A stretch of 64,000 nt of DNA. Source: Ramazzottius varieornatus (Eukaryota > Animalia > Tardigrada). The notes beneath the pieces were generated by a model, which was not told the DNA's origin, did no database searches, and saw nothing but the letters and a program-made list of their open reading frames with translations. Below, one piece after another: positions 50,673-62,731 of this stretch; position 1 is the stretch's first letter, and each line of letters opens with the position of its first letter. The stretch covers positions 5,570,448 through 5,634,447 of the forward strand of contig BDGG01000002.1 of the NCBI GenBank assembly GCA_001949185.1, written 5' to 3'. A program made the translations under genes and the position numbers.

Positions 50673-53131
50673 CTAATGAAACGATGGGAACTCTGTACAA
50701 TCCCGCTGCAAAAGCATCCAGTCATTAGCCTTCTTTAGTGCGGGTCGCGGGGTGTTGAGCTTATCCGCGATCTGCCGCAGCAGCACCGGATTGTCATTTA
50801 TAAAGCGCTGGGAATCCTTGATCATGCCCTTCATGACTGTGGCATCGGAAATGTCAATGCCAAAGTCCTCACTCAATTTCGGCTGAATGCGAAAGTACGT
50901 CGAGGCAGGCATCAAGTCTGACAGCGTCGTGTGAATTGCTTCCGTGTCGGTCGCCGATGCGATAATTGTGGTAATTTTGCTCCGCCAACTCGTCAAACCG
51001 ATCTTCCTCGCAACATCCCTGCTTTGCGCCTCTTGAACTTTCTGGAAACGACCCGTGCCGATAGACACCACACAGTGCAACTTTTCTCTCGGCCACAACA
51101 ATCGACACTGCGGCAGAGAACCCGGAAGTCAAGCTCAAAGTTCCACAACAAGAGCCAACCAGTACTTGAAGTTACCTCATGAATGCCAATCGCAGTTGGG
51201 TTGTTCGTCAGTAACCCGCCGTCCTGCAAAGATAACCGTCACTCACCGGAAAGTAGTGTCATTCGGTTGTGCAATAGTAACAAACCTGATGGACATCTCC
51301 ATCTAGCCGGAACTCCGAGAAGAAACCAGGAGCCGCCGTGGACGCTCGCATGGCCTCCCAGAGCTTGTACTTGGACGTACCATCATAGTAGGAGGCGCTG
51401 CCACACGGAAGGCCATAGCTGCGGAACACGAAAGGCGTGAAATCTGGATCATCGATTCTGGAAGAGACGACGGCTAGCCGGATATCGCCGCCAGACCGCG
51501 ATAGATCTACCATCTGCCGGTCACCCATTTCTTTCCTGCACAATGACACCAATGGCAGATATTCAAACCCAACTATGGCAGTGTACTCTGAAGCTCACCT
51601 TAGGACAGCTTCCCATGCAGGCGTATCGTAGTACCCATGGCTCAAAATTAACCTGGAAATTCGTTCCTTAGATTATGAAAACTCAGTGCCTACTTCCCGA
51701 GCTACGGCGGGAAACTTACCGGCGAGCACCTTTCAGCGTGTCACGGGCGAACAACTACACACAGGGAAAACAACATGATGAAGAGATATAATATCTCACA
51801 ACCCCGCTGAACTTCCGGTAACGCATCGAAAGAAGCAACCTACCTGGCTGCAAGTCTTGATGTAATATTCCATGCTCTCGTCAGCAGTCAGTTTGAAGGC
51901 GGCTAGCATAGCGACCACCAGCGCTCCAGTACTGACGCCAATGAAGTCTGTAAATATTCAGGGAAAGTTCCGTTAGACACGTTTCTTTTGCGGTAGCGTC
52001 CGCTATGTTGCGCGGCACTCACAATCGAACATGTCGCAGGGGGCTTTCCCAGTTAGCCGTTCCAGCTCTCGAAGTATTTCCAACGCGACAACACCCCTGC
52101 AAAAAGAAGACAAACGGCTTTAAATCAACTTTATGAATGTAGATGAGTCCTTCGTCAAAACTTACTGAAGGTAGTTGAGGATTACCTTACCGTGCTCCTC
52201 CTCCATCTACAGACAAAATGCGAGGACCTGGTCCATCTGGTGGTAAGGAATAGCCCAACAACGACAGCGTCAAGAACGCCTGGCTCTTCAACAACGGATT
52301 CCCCGTCATCACAAGTCCCAAAATCAGAGGTATCGCTCCACTCTTCACCGCTTCGATCTTGGCATCTCCGAACTGTAGCAAGTGGGCAGCTAGCTGCTCC
52401 GTCCTCTTCAGCTTGCTCATAGCTGACCTCGCCGTCCGAATAGACGCCACCAGTCCACGGGTTCTAGCATCCACCGACTCTTTCGACGGAACTGGAACTA
52501 CAGGAGCCACAAGCTTCTCCTTCTTCGGAGCCACAATCTTGTCCGGGATAAGCGCAGTAGCGGGCTTGATTAGCTTCTGTAACAGTGACATGTTGTGCTC
52601 TTCGGGGTGGACTTCTGGCATGGGCTTCTCTTTGTCGTTCAGCTCTTTGCCGTCTTTACTACTTTCTTTACTGTCTTTCCCGTCTTTGTCGTCTCCGCCC
52701 AAGATCATACTGAGAAACCTCTCCCGAGAGACGTCTTCGGGCGACATGGAAGGGACTTGGGCAGGTGAAGCGGAAGTCATTGCCAGGGTTGGCATATCCT
52801 CTATCAGAGGCGAGGTTAGCTCCATGTCGTTAGAGTCATTCTGGTCACGGTCACTCTTTGAAGCTTCTTTAGACTTGACAGCTGGGACGGAAAGTGAGTC
52901 GACCACGACGGAGCTAAACGCTTTCAGGGATGCAGCAGAGGGAACACGTTGCTTGATCTCAGCTTTAAGCCTAGCAGCAGGAACGGAAGCCTGGTCCACG
53001 GAAACAGCAGCGAAGCGCTGCGCCAGTGTTTTCAATATTCCGATCAGACGCTGCTCTTGCGCCATTGTGACGACCTGATCCTTCGCGGATTGAGAGATCT
53101 CTGTCTTGCTTACTCTCAAGTAAACATTCAC
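50673..53131 (-). CDS. PNPLA8: Calcium-independent phospholipase A2-gamma (patatin); 5' end uncertain, may extend toward ~53570
   Basis: RILSVDGGGARG, FDYFIGVSTG (catalytic Ser), WEAMRASTAAPGFF, HQDGGLLTNNPT (catalytic Asp), CVVSIGTG. Confidence 0.93.
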
Positions 53132-54215
53132 GATTCAACAACGCATGAACGGTATGCGTGCATATAGGCAAATGGGAAACTTCCGTCGATGACGATTGAC
53201 ATGGATTCACGGGAGTATCGCAGACAAGAGTCACCAGCTACTACAAGAAAACTACATTATTATCCATGCGCGATACATGCGTAGGAATCATTGTGATGGC
53301 CATTGGAAGAGGCTCTCGAGCTGTTGATGGACCATCATGGTATCGTATCCCTCGGAAAGACGGTTACCTGCAAGCAACACACGCGACGTAGCAACACATC
53401 GGGAGCGCAGGCTCCGGCAGTGGTAGCGGCCAAATGAATCCGTCCACAGATGGCCAGATGAATCCGCCGGATCGCTGTCGAGACGAGACGAAGAAGCTGG
53501 AGATGGAAGACAACAATTAAGAGATGCAAGCTTCATGCTTCGCCAAATGGTCAAATTAATTAACTGCAAATTATTTCGTTCAAGCGGACTCGAAGTATGG
53601 TAGTCTACATGTTCGCTTGATTAACTGATTTGTGCGCAACATGACCAAGTCACCCATACCTTGAGTTTCAGCGAATCACGATTGAGTCTTCAGATTCACG
53701 AAGGACAAGGCTCTTTGCTCTTTAGGTTCATAATTCTTATACGCGTACGAGGTGCTCAAGCCGAGCTCTCGCTGGTCTTTGAATCTCACAAACTGACGGT
53801 GTTCCACTTCACTCGAACTTGAACTTGAAAGGATGAGCTAGATGAACCGAGTAAGCAAATACAGTAGGAAGATGGGGATGCTGTGGAACTTGTGGAACGA
53901 AAGAACGATATGAGGTATGGCGCACCGCTATATTTTGCGAGAGCTCCCCCCAAAATGCTGGCCTTCCAGCGGAGCTTTAGAATGAATCATAGACCGCTTG
54001 AGTCATCGTAGAAAGCTGTTCAGGCAATCTGAAGCCCTTAAATTGGGAAAACTATGGCAAGCCTGAGCCTATGGCGGAAAGATCAAAGGTTGGGAACCAA
54101 GGTTCATTCACATCTGACGTAATAAAAAGCCCAGACCGGTTACCACGCCCATTGACCAACAGACAGAGAGGACGGGCCAATAAACCAGCTGCGATTGGGC
54201 GGTCAACCTATCAAT

Positions 54216-54390
54216 GCCAATGGCTAGTATCGATGGTCAAACATAGCAAAACCAATGGCCGACTCCTAGTGCTCAACCTAGAAAGACCAATGGTCAACCA
54301 CTAGTGGTCAAGACAGCAAGACCAACGGCTAGCCACTAGTGGTTAATCTACCAAGATCAATGGCCAACCACTAGTAGTCAACCAACCTAC
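54216..54390. repeat. 35-bp minisatellite, ~5 degenerate units
   Basis: Units start at 54216, 54251, 54286, 54321 and 54356; consensus ~accaatggccaaccactagtggtcaannnagcaag. Confidence 0.85.
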
Positions 54391-55714
54391 CCATACCCTG
54401 TTGGTCGTACCATTGTCCGACCGGCAGGGTCCTGACAGTAATCAGTTCTTTGTTAATCAACTAGCTGATTTCGCCAGTTGATTCGTACGCATTTGATTGA
54501 TCAGACACAAAGTCATGATTCAGCCAAAAACTAGAAAAATTGTTAAAACCAGAGAGAAAATCGGGGAATCATCCCGGAAAAAGGATCGTGCTGTCTGGAG
54601 CTCGAGCTTCCTCTGATGAGTTTGCGATTTAGAGTCTCCTTGGGTATAAGTTACGTAACTCATGAGTCAAACACGATTTCTGCGGATTCCGCGCTATTTA
54701 CTGCAGCACGTTCTGGTAACGTAGCAGATAGTCACATGCGATGCTTCATGGCGAAGTTCACGCTTTCATACTACTCTACATAATACGTTTCTAGCGGTAC
54801 CTTCGTGGAAGTCGATCAGGAGGTTTGGAACATGTGAACACGGAAGTAGGTGTACGCGTATGGAACTTCGTATGGGCAACTCAGAACAAGGCATGGTCCC
54901 GTTCATCTGTACCGCTACATTGTACGACGAAATTAACCGTTAAAAATGGGCGTAACACTACAGCTAGAGCTTTTTTACAACTCAGCCAATGAGAATTATA
55001 TTTTGCTGCATGCGCAAATTTTATTGGCTCTATCTATCTGGCTCCATCCAACACCCTTTTATAACGGTTTATTTTGTCGTACATTGTACGTCGAAACCGA
55101 AGTGATCCCCTAAAACTTTCCTTTACCAAACGTAGTTCTACGCTACAGGAGCGTGAGATTCCGCCAAGAAATCCGGCAAGACCTCAAACTGTAGTCTTCC
55201 ATATGCACTGCGGACGCACATCGCGATTCGCGACCTCACAGTTACCAGACCACCAGGTGGCGCACAAGTTCTCGCGATACTCTACTCTTCGGCTCGCTAG
55301 CGGCTGGCCTTCCGGTTGAAAATATCAAAACCGAAGCTTCGCCTTCTTCACGTGTCTTAAGCGTGTGCCGGGGTGTCGCGCCTCCCGGGCTTTGTCCCCC
55401 CCCCCCCTTGACAAATATATCAAGGGTTTGGGTTCCAGCACGGCCTTGAAGCGGCCTTCAAAAAATCTGGCCTCCCACCGGGAGACGACTCAAACGTGAC
55501 TAGGCAATAGAGCTCGGCCCGCGCTTAGATTCTTCACTTTCCAGAAACCGCAAGATTGAAGCCGGATTAGTTTAACGCTCACATTTTGACGTCCCGTCTT
55601 CTCGTTTTGTGAACAAGACTCCAGGCTGAAAAACCAACAACATGAAGCGTAGAATACTCGAAGCAACAATACAAGAGCTTTAGTATGTCGATCACGTAAG
55701 ATGTTGCGAGGAAG

Positions 55715-56632
55715 CTAAATTGGGCCTTTTCCTTTGCGTTCTCGGTTACGCTTTTGGCATACGCCTTCCACACAGTTGATTTTCATGTTGCCAAGACCCA
55801 TCGCGTTGTTGCAGTCGGTCTTTGCGTTACAGGCGTCCCAGCAGCGCTTCTCGGGATATCCGGCTATCTTGGCGCACCTCTGCGATTTTCCATGACCGGA
55901 AGTACAGCAGTCGGAGTCAGCCTGGCATACTTTGGGGGCGCACAAGTCACACCTTCCCCTTGAGCATCTGGAAGCCATCTTTTTCGCTCCAGCCATCATC
56001 TGACAGTCCGAATCGCCACTGCATGCCTTCATTCCCGTCTCTGTAATCGGCTGAGGTCAATCGAAATAAACTGCAGAATGCGCACTTGAGCGAGACAGAC
56101 ACAGAGACCCTTCAGAACCATTTTAGCACATGTACCTTTAAAGATATCCGCGACGGCGGGCCGCCCACATAATTGCAAAGTGTTGGCTACGCATTTGTTT
56201 CCTCGCACACCGCAGTCGGCATCTGAACAGGGCACAATGAAAGTTTAGAAAGCGACAATAAAGGTTGCAAAATCGACCTGTATCCTAAGACATAAAATTT
56301 CAGTGGATTTAAATATTGATGCTCGTCTGGTTACCTGACTGGCAAGGCAAGGCTTTTCCCAAAGCCACACGGTGCATGAAAGAACTCAGGGCACGCTCAT
56401 CCCGATTTCCTCCAGCACCACGAGTACTATTCCTGTCACGGTGCCGACCTCCTGCAAATACAGCTCAGGTGAATTATACGTCAGCTGATGATGTTTGACG
56501 AATCGCGAATCTACTGAGTTTTGAATTAGAGCAGAAGGGAATTTCGTTGAATTGACGGTATAATAAGTTACCTGCTGATACTCCGGAGATAACAACAAGG
56601 AGGACAAGACAGCAAAAGCTGATAGTCTGCAT
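55715..56632 (-). CDS. Secreted cationic cysteine-repeat protein (~195 aa, 4 exons)
   Basis: Signal peptide MQTISFCCLVLLVVISGVSA; repeats CQSDADC, CSGDSDC, CQADSDC, CNAKTDC; three phase-1 GT-AG introns keep the frame. Confidence 0.8.
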
Positions 56633-57662
56633 TTTATCCCGGAAGATATTCCCACAGCAGGAAAAGGCACAGTATAATCCTTGTTTCCAACAGACTAATG
56701 TCGACTTTAGAATTAGAACGGCTCCAAGAAGTCTAGAAAGCTACACCGAATATAGCAACACTGACAACAAACACCACATGAGCGAGCTGCGCAACATCCG
56801 ACTTGCTGAGAGATTCGCAACAGATTTCATCGCCGGCCTAACTGACAATCGGAGTGACAAGAAGGCCCGCTCAGCCTGACAGCACGGCACATGCTGCAGA
56901 AAACTTATGCTCGATATACTGGTCCTATATGACGGGATTGACGGGGGTTCCAGCTCTCGACGACGATGAAAGAGGATACCACATGCCCGCTGTAAGTATG
57001 TCAGAAACAGTGCCATCGGCCGCGTCGCTCCAGGTTTAAGTTAATTATAGACCCCTCCATTACCTCTTCCTTCTCTCCATCAAACCAATCCTACTCTTGG
57101 CTGCCCTCGCTATTCAGTCAACAACCACAGAAGACAGCTCCGAGCATATATTGCAATACGGCAAATCAAAGTCGAGTATACTGATTACAGCCGAAGGAAT
57201 CAAGGAAGTGAAACTCAACCGACCTTCCACACCATCCACACCCTTCTTACATACCCGTGCCTGTTTAAAATTGGATGGTAAATTTTTTCGCTGAATTCCA
57301 AAAATTCATAAACCTCCGTGAAGAATTAAAACTTAATCATCCGTCCAAAATTAGAGTACTACTGGTGAACAACTAAGCATCAATTGTCAGCAGGCACGAT
57401 TGAGAGATTACCGAGTTCACAATCAACCAAACGAAACCACATAGAAAAATCCAATCAGTCCCGAAAAACATAAGATGCTCAACGTTATTGTCTCAGGCGG
57501 CTGTAGTGGTACTGTCCGGACTGTCGGTTTCTTGTCCGTTCCGCCCGGAGGTGGCGGCGATATGCTCGTCCACGTATTCCTGTAGGGTACAGCCAATGAG
57601 GAAAGGAATGGAGAAGTTAACATCGACACGTTTCCACCACATTGGACCTACAAAGCAAGCGG

Positions 57663-60600
57663 TTACGACAATAGTTTTCGCAAGGTGTTAATATGGGAGT
57701 TACCATCAAGCAAAACTTCTCCAGTTCGCTCGTCCATCATCTGGTTGAAACAACGCAGGTTTTCCAGCCAGTAGCTCAGGGCCTCCTTCGACTTTGAGCG
57801 AAGAGAGTTTTCCAGGCATTCTCCACCGCAGTCCGCAGGGTAGTAGTTTTCATGGAGAGCCACGGCGATGGTGTTCAGGTCGTCGTCAAGAGGACTCATG
57901 TAAAGCGTATTGCCGAAAACATTAGTAATGTTGTTCCTTATCTGGGTCGCCGCCGAGCTCTACAGAAATTTTAGAGCTTTTTTATGGAAAACTGTATAAT
58001 GATCCATCCACGGATGCTTTCAGACTGGGGATGTACAAGTTTTCCGAGAGGGTAGCAGACAAGTTCCCCCCTTCTCATGCACCTCCATACAGGACACCAT
58101 ATGATTACCACGACATCAAGTATGCAGGAGCACGACAGATGAGAAACATCACTTGCCGACCTCATCTTTTATAGATACGGCATTAGACTATCGTATTTTA
58201 CAAAAAATCTTCTCTGTAGTCCACACGGTATTTTATCATAAGGACTCACCTGCCGGCTTAGGATATTCACGATGAGCATGCCTGAAGAGAAAAAGATCGT
58301 CGTTACACTGCAGTTACCCTATGTACATAGGTTGGCATTAGTGCACCATACATACCGTCAGGGTTCAGGAGGCGTTTGATGGTCCGGAGCATAATGACGG
58401 ACATAAACTCGACCGGCGGACACCGCAGTGGAAGTTTTGGGTCCTTCGTATCTGCATCGATGATGACGATGTCGTACTTCTCCTCCCCTGTCTCAGCCTG
58501 TTTTATGAAGTCCAGCCCGTCCGCCACGTGCACCGCGCATCTGTTGCTGATCTGCAGTCCGAAGTACTTCAAGGCAATCTCAACTACTGCCGGGTCAATC
58601 TCGACGGCCTCCACTATGGAAGTAGGGAACACTTGGTGCAGGTAGGAGGTCAGAATGCCACCGCCCAGGCCAACGAGCAACATCTTCGTGTCCTCTTGCA
58701 CTAACAACATTATCAAGTTCTCTATCAGTAAAGTTTATCCGGAAGTTCGAATTAGAAATGCGTACCTGGTGCAGCAAGCTTCCTGTGGTTCAGTACAGCA
58801 GCCACGATGCACCGTTGATAGTCACTGGGTAGATATTCTTTATCAAATATCGGCAGTAAGCTACCGGAACCCGGAAGAGCTAAATTAGAAACATCCCATA
58901 TGAATTTATCTCCATTGTTTCGGGTCATATTTGAGGATAGACGAACTTACGTTTCTGGAGTCGCATCTCCGTTTGTATCACATTTGGGCTGTCTTCGAAG
59001 ATTAACCGCCGTTCCAAATACAGTGAGTTACCGGGAGCAGGTCTTTGCAGCACCCTGTAAGGACCTGTCGAAAGCGAAGTGCCTTCGTAAATGACTTCGT
59101 CCTCTGTCGACTGCTCGGTAACTTCCGGAAAGTCCCCATCAGAAAGAAAGACCAACTAAAAAACAACAATTAATTTCGAAATGGTAAACTGCCGAAGACC
59201 GGCACTTAAACAGTAAAGACTCACAGAGTCGAAAAGCTTGGAGGGGCAAAAGTTTCTCATATGGGGCGTGAGATCGTCCTTGACAGACTGGAAGCTGAAG
59301 GTACCTTTGGATGCTCCAACAACATCGGCGAACATTACCAGTTGGGCACTGATGTTCTGCGATACTTCCCTGCGGCCTTCGTGAGTTCCATACAGGTACG
59401 ACTTCGACCTAATGGATAACACCGTTCAGTTAAAGTAACCGCCATAACTCATGGAATAAAATCGTATATTTTCGACAAGAGGAAAGCGCAAGTTACCTTC
59501 CAGGAGGAATGATGAAGCAAGTTGCGCCGAATCGCGGCTTCCTGACGGACGGCTTGAATGGATACAGCGTATAGAGGTGTGTTCCTTTAGTATCGAAGAC
59601 CTTCACCTGTTCGCCTTCCACGACATCGTATCGTCTGCGAAGAAATTAGTATACTCGGAGTTGTCGTGATTTATGGTTACTTCACGGTAGACAGCGGACC
59701 GGAAGGGCACTTACCCTAACTTCAAACACCGAGCGACCGACTGGACATGCTGATGTTCCTTCACGCGTCGCAGGAACTGGGCGACACTGTCGCAACGTGT
59801 CAGCTTCTCGGCTTGCCCCAACTGCATGTCCAGGATCAGAGGAAACCCTGGCTTCATCTTCGTGAATACGAAACAGAAAACCACGTCATGGGGTTGCTCC
59901 GGACTGTCGACGTTGATGACGTGAGCGCGAACCGCGTATCCCCTACAACCGTAAGAGACGCGATGACAGTGTCGACGTTTCAATAAAGATAGTTTTTCTG
60001 CCGTACTTGTTAGCCATATTTTGTACCAGCTGGTTCAGGACATGCTTCTGAGCCAGCGTGACGCAAATATATCTTCCTCCATGCTTCAAAACACGATCCA
60101 CTTCGCTACAGATCTTTTCAGCCATTTCCTCACTGACTTGGGAATCGTCGGCGACCAGTGCGTCGAATGTCGCTTTGTCCAGCACAACTAGAACATATCT
60201 GGTTAGATAACTTTCCGAGCGCAATGTTGTCATATTCAGCCAGATTTCAGTTTCCAGACAAGCCGTCGGTCCATACCCGAAAAAGATTCATCCTTGATCG
60301 TGGACATCTATAATACATAAGTGTTGCATTAGCCGGCTGCAGTACACTTTTGCATCGATGTGTCAATACGTGAGCCAGATGATCACTTACCTTTGTAACA
60401 TCATCTCGAACAAACTTCATATCTGGACAAATGTCTCTGTATTTCTTCGTCATCCGGTCAATCACAACTTGGCTAATATCCATATTCTGCAATAAGTGAC
60501 GGACTGTGATTAGCATTCGTAGTCGCTTTGCGAAGAAGAATCCGGCAATTATGTGTTAGCATCTTACTGTTATCTTCTTCAAGCCGGTGTAGTACATTTC

Positions 60601-61011
60601 TCCGCTCAGCTCACTGTTTCCAGATCCGATGACCAAAATATCATCCTTAGCCTTGATGTATCTGCACAGCACTTCTGCGGATTCCAGGAAATTTCCGTAC
60701 CTGTCAAACAAGCCGGGAAACAATACGATCAAGTTAGCTTCAACTCAACAGCCGTGAACTGTTATACAACGGGACAACGATTCTGCAACAAGGGGAATAC
60801 GCACCATTCGAATGCGGAGTTGCGAGAGGCGAAAAACTGATCCCAATACTGCGAAAGACTATTTTAACGGACTGATCGTTGCCGGAAGAAGAACACTTCA
60901 TTGTAAGCGGTGCCTGCTTACCTTGGGATCTTGGAATCCTTTGGGATCAGATGGGATAATGAACTTTCCCGCTCCTAACGACACATGCTTTCCTGCTCTT
61001 CCGGGCGCCAT
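57663..61011 (-). CDS. METTL13: eEF1A lysine and N-terminal methyltransferase (two methyltransferase domains)
   Basis: YWDQFF...AFEWYG, ILVIGSGNSELS, VVLDKATFDAL, RVLKHGGRYICVTLAQ; second domain LLVGLGGGIL...VEIDPAVVEIALKYFG...DGLDFI...CPP. Confidence 0.93.
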
Positions 61012-61680
61012 TGTCAAGTTCCTAGAGACCTGTTCCGGTTGGGATGTGGTGCCGATTGGCCGAACACTTGTATGGGGCAAGTAGAGCCGATGGATTTGCG
61101 GTTGGGAGTTGAAGCCTGCGAAAAACGAAATAACAACAGCTGAGCCTTAAACAGCTGACTTCGAGTCTTCAACGTGCAGTGTCGCTGTATGACATTACGG
61201 ATATTACTTGGCTAGTAATTACTTACTGCTTATACACAGAAGTCAGTGTCCTCTGTATGGCTCGCCCGCGGACACGGTCCACTACGGAACCATCGGGCTT
61301 TTCTGGATGCGCTAAAAGGTTCGGGAGCTTCTCTTGTTTACTTTTATCTAGCCAAAACCCCATCTTTTAATTACCACTTCATAAAGTAGAACAACAAAAT
61401 GTTAAATACAGGGAAACGACATGCGCATCTTTGCGCTACGTAGTCAACTAGGAAGAACCAACTGTGAAATTGTACTACTATAGCGTATTGAGTGACTGTT
61501 CGAACCCTGTTTCAAGTTTGAATTGATCCAAAGGAGTACAATATGCTCACGAATCTTTGTTTTCAACAACGTCTTACATGCTTCAGGTTCTCGGTACAAG
61601 AACATATAGAAACTCTCGGAAAAGTCAGATACAGATTTTTTACCACCGCGCAATGTAAGAGAATCTCGAAACACGAGAAC

Positions 61681-62043
61681 CTAGTCCCTGTGTCTCCAAC
61701 GTCCGCTGTCGAATCGTCGTCCGCTGCCGAATCGTCGTCCGCTGTTGTACCAGCGTCCATGACCATCCCTCTTCTCCCGTTTCTTCTGCACTGTCTTGGC
61801 AGCGCCACCACGGCGGGCATGCACGACCTTCAGGGCAATTGCACCAGAGTTCCCACTGCCTTCGACCAAGGCACTGTGCATCAGAACACCTGCACAACGA
61901 AATATCCAATTTGGACGAACATGAAAATCAGTGAAACTCACAACCAGGACATGAAAATCAGTGAAACTCACAACCAAAACTGAAGGCTCGAACTTACCGA
62001 CGATCAACGTGCCGACCAGGAACAAAAACCAAAGCTTCTGCAT
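61681..62043 (-). CDS. Small secreted Gly/Arg-rich prepropeptide (84 aa; exons 62043-61998 and 61889-61681)
   Basis: G|GTAAGT...gtgcAG|GT splice gives MQKLWFLFLVGTLIVGVLMHSALVEG-SGNSGAIALKVVHARRGGAAKTVQKKREKRDGHGRWYNSGRRFGSGRRFDSGRWRHRD*. Confidence 0.7.
   Translation of the reverse strand: MQKLWFLFLVGTLIVGKFEPSVLVVSFTDFHVLVVSFTDFHVRPNWIFRCAGVLMHSALVEGSGNSGAIALKVVHARRGGAAKTVQKKREKRDGHGRWYNSGRRFGSGRRFDSGRWRHRD
61919..61976. repeat. 30-bp-period direct tandem duplication within the prepropeptide intron
   Basis: acatgaaaatcagtgaaactcacaacca occurs twice exactly. Confidence 0.95.
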
Positions 62044-62731
62044 GTTTGCTTTAGCTCACAACGAACTCGATGGAGGGCGAACAGAATCTAGATAGTTTCT
62101 CCGAGCTAAGGTCCACGTGATAGAAAGGTAACCTCTTCTTATTGGACGTGAAAACTTTTGATATCTGGTGGTGGAGGACTGCTGTTTCCTGCTGTATTTG
62201 TACCAGACGAGAGAAAAGTCAGCTGCCAGACTCACCGTCGGAGTGTTATGAATAATTCAGGGCTAGTCGGAACAATAACATATTAGCGCTAAATATTCGC
62301 TTTAAAAACGCAAAGGTCGGTAGTTCCTATATGCACATAACTTCCATCATTTTAACAGAGATAAGGGTCCAGCCCTGCGTATGACAGCGCACTAGTCTTT
62401 CTTTCCGCGTCGCAAATTCAGTCTCAAGAGGTTTACCCGAGAACTGCTCAACTTTCGGAAATTACAATATTCGCATTGGCATCGCTCACCGCGGGTTACA
62501 GCACCCGGTTTCTGTGTCTTGTGAATTTTTTTTTAAGTTTTCGACCATGAAGGCAGATTCCTCTGCGGGAGTTCTCGAGGTTGTTTGCTGTAGGATACAA
62601 AATTGCTGGTAATAGAAGAAGAATTACAGGACAATTTTAACGAACCATGCTTGAAATCAGGAACAACCAACTAGAAAATGCGGTCTTTGTGGCAGGGCTT
62701 TTCAGTAGTCAACGGTAATAATCCGTCCGTA

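Noticed and set aside
9725-53078. Long antisense ORFs (e.g. 9725-10333, 43507-44007, 52359-53078)
   Set aside because: Shadow ORFs opposite real exons of Cav3, CELSR and PNPLA8
54216-54390. CRISPR-like periodicity with an internal palindrome
   Set aside because: No unique spacers, no cas genes and a eukaryotic context; it is a minisatellite
56775-57300. Faint gag/protease-like phrases (DFIAGLTDNR; LKLDGKFF) on the + strand
   Set aside because: Too short and interrupted by stops; needs a Dfam or tBLASTx hit before calling it an LTR remnant
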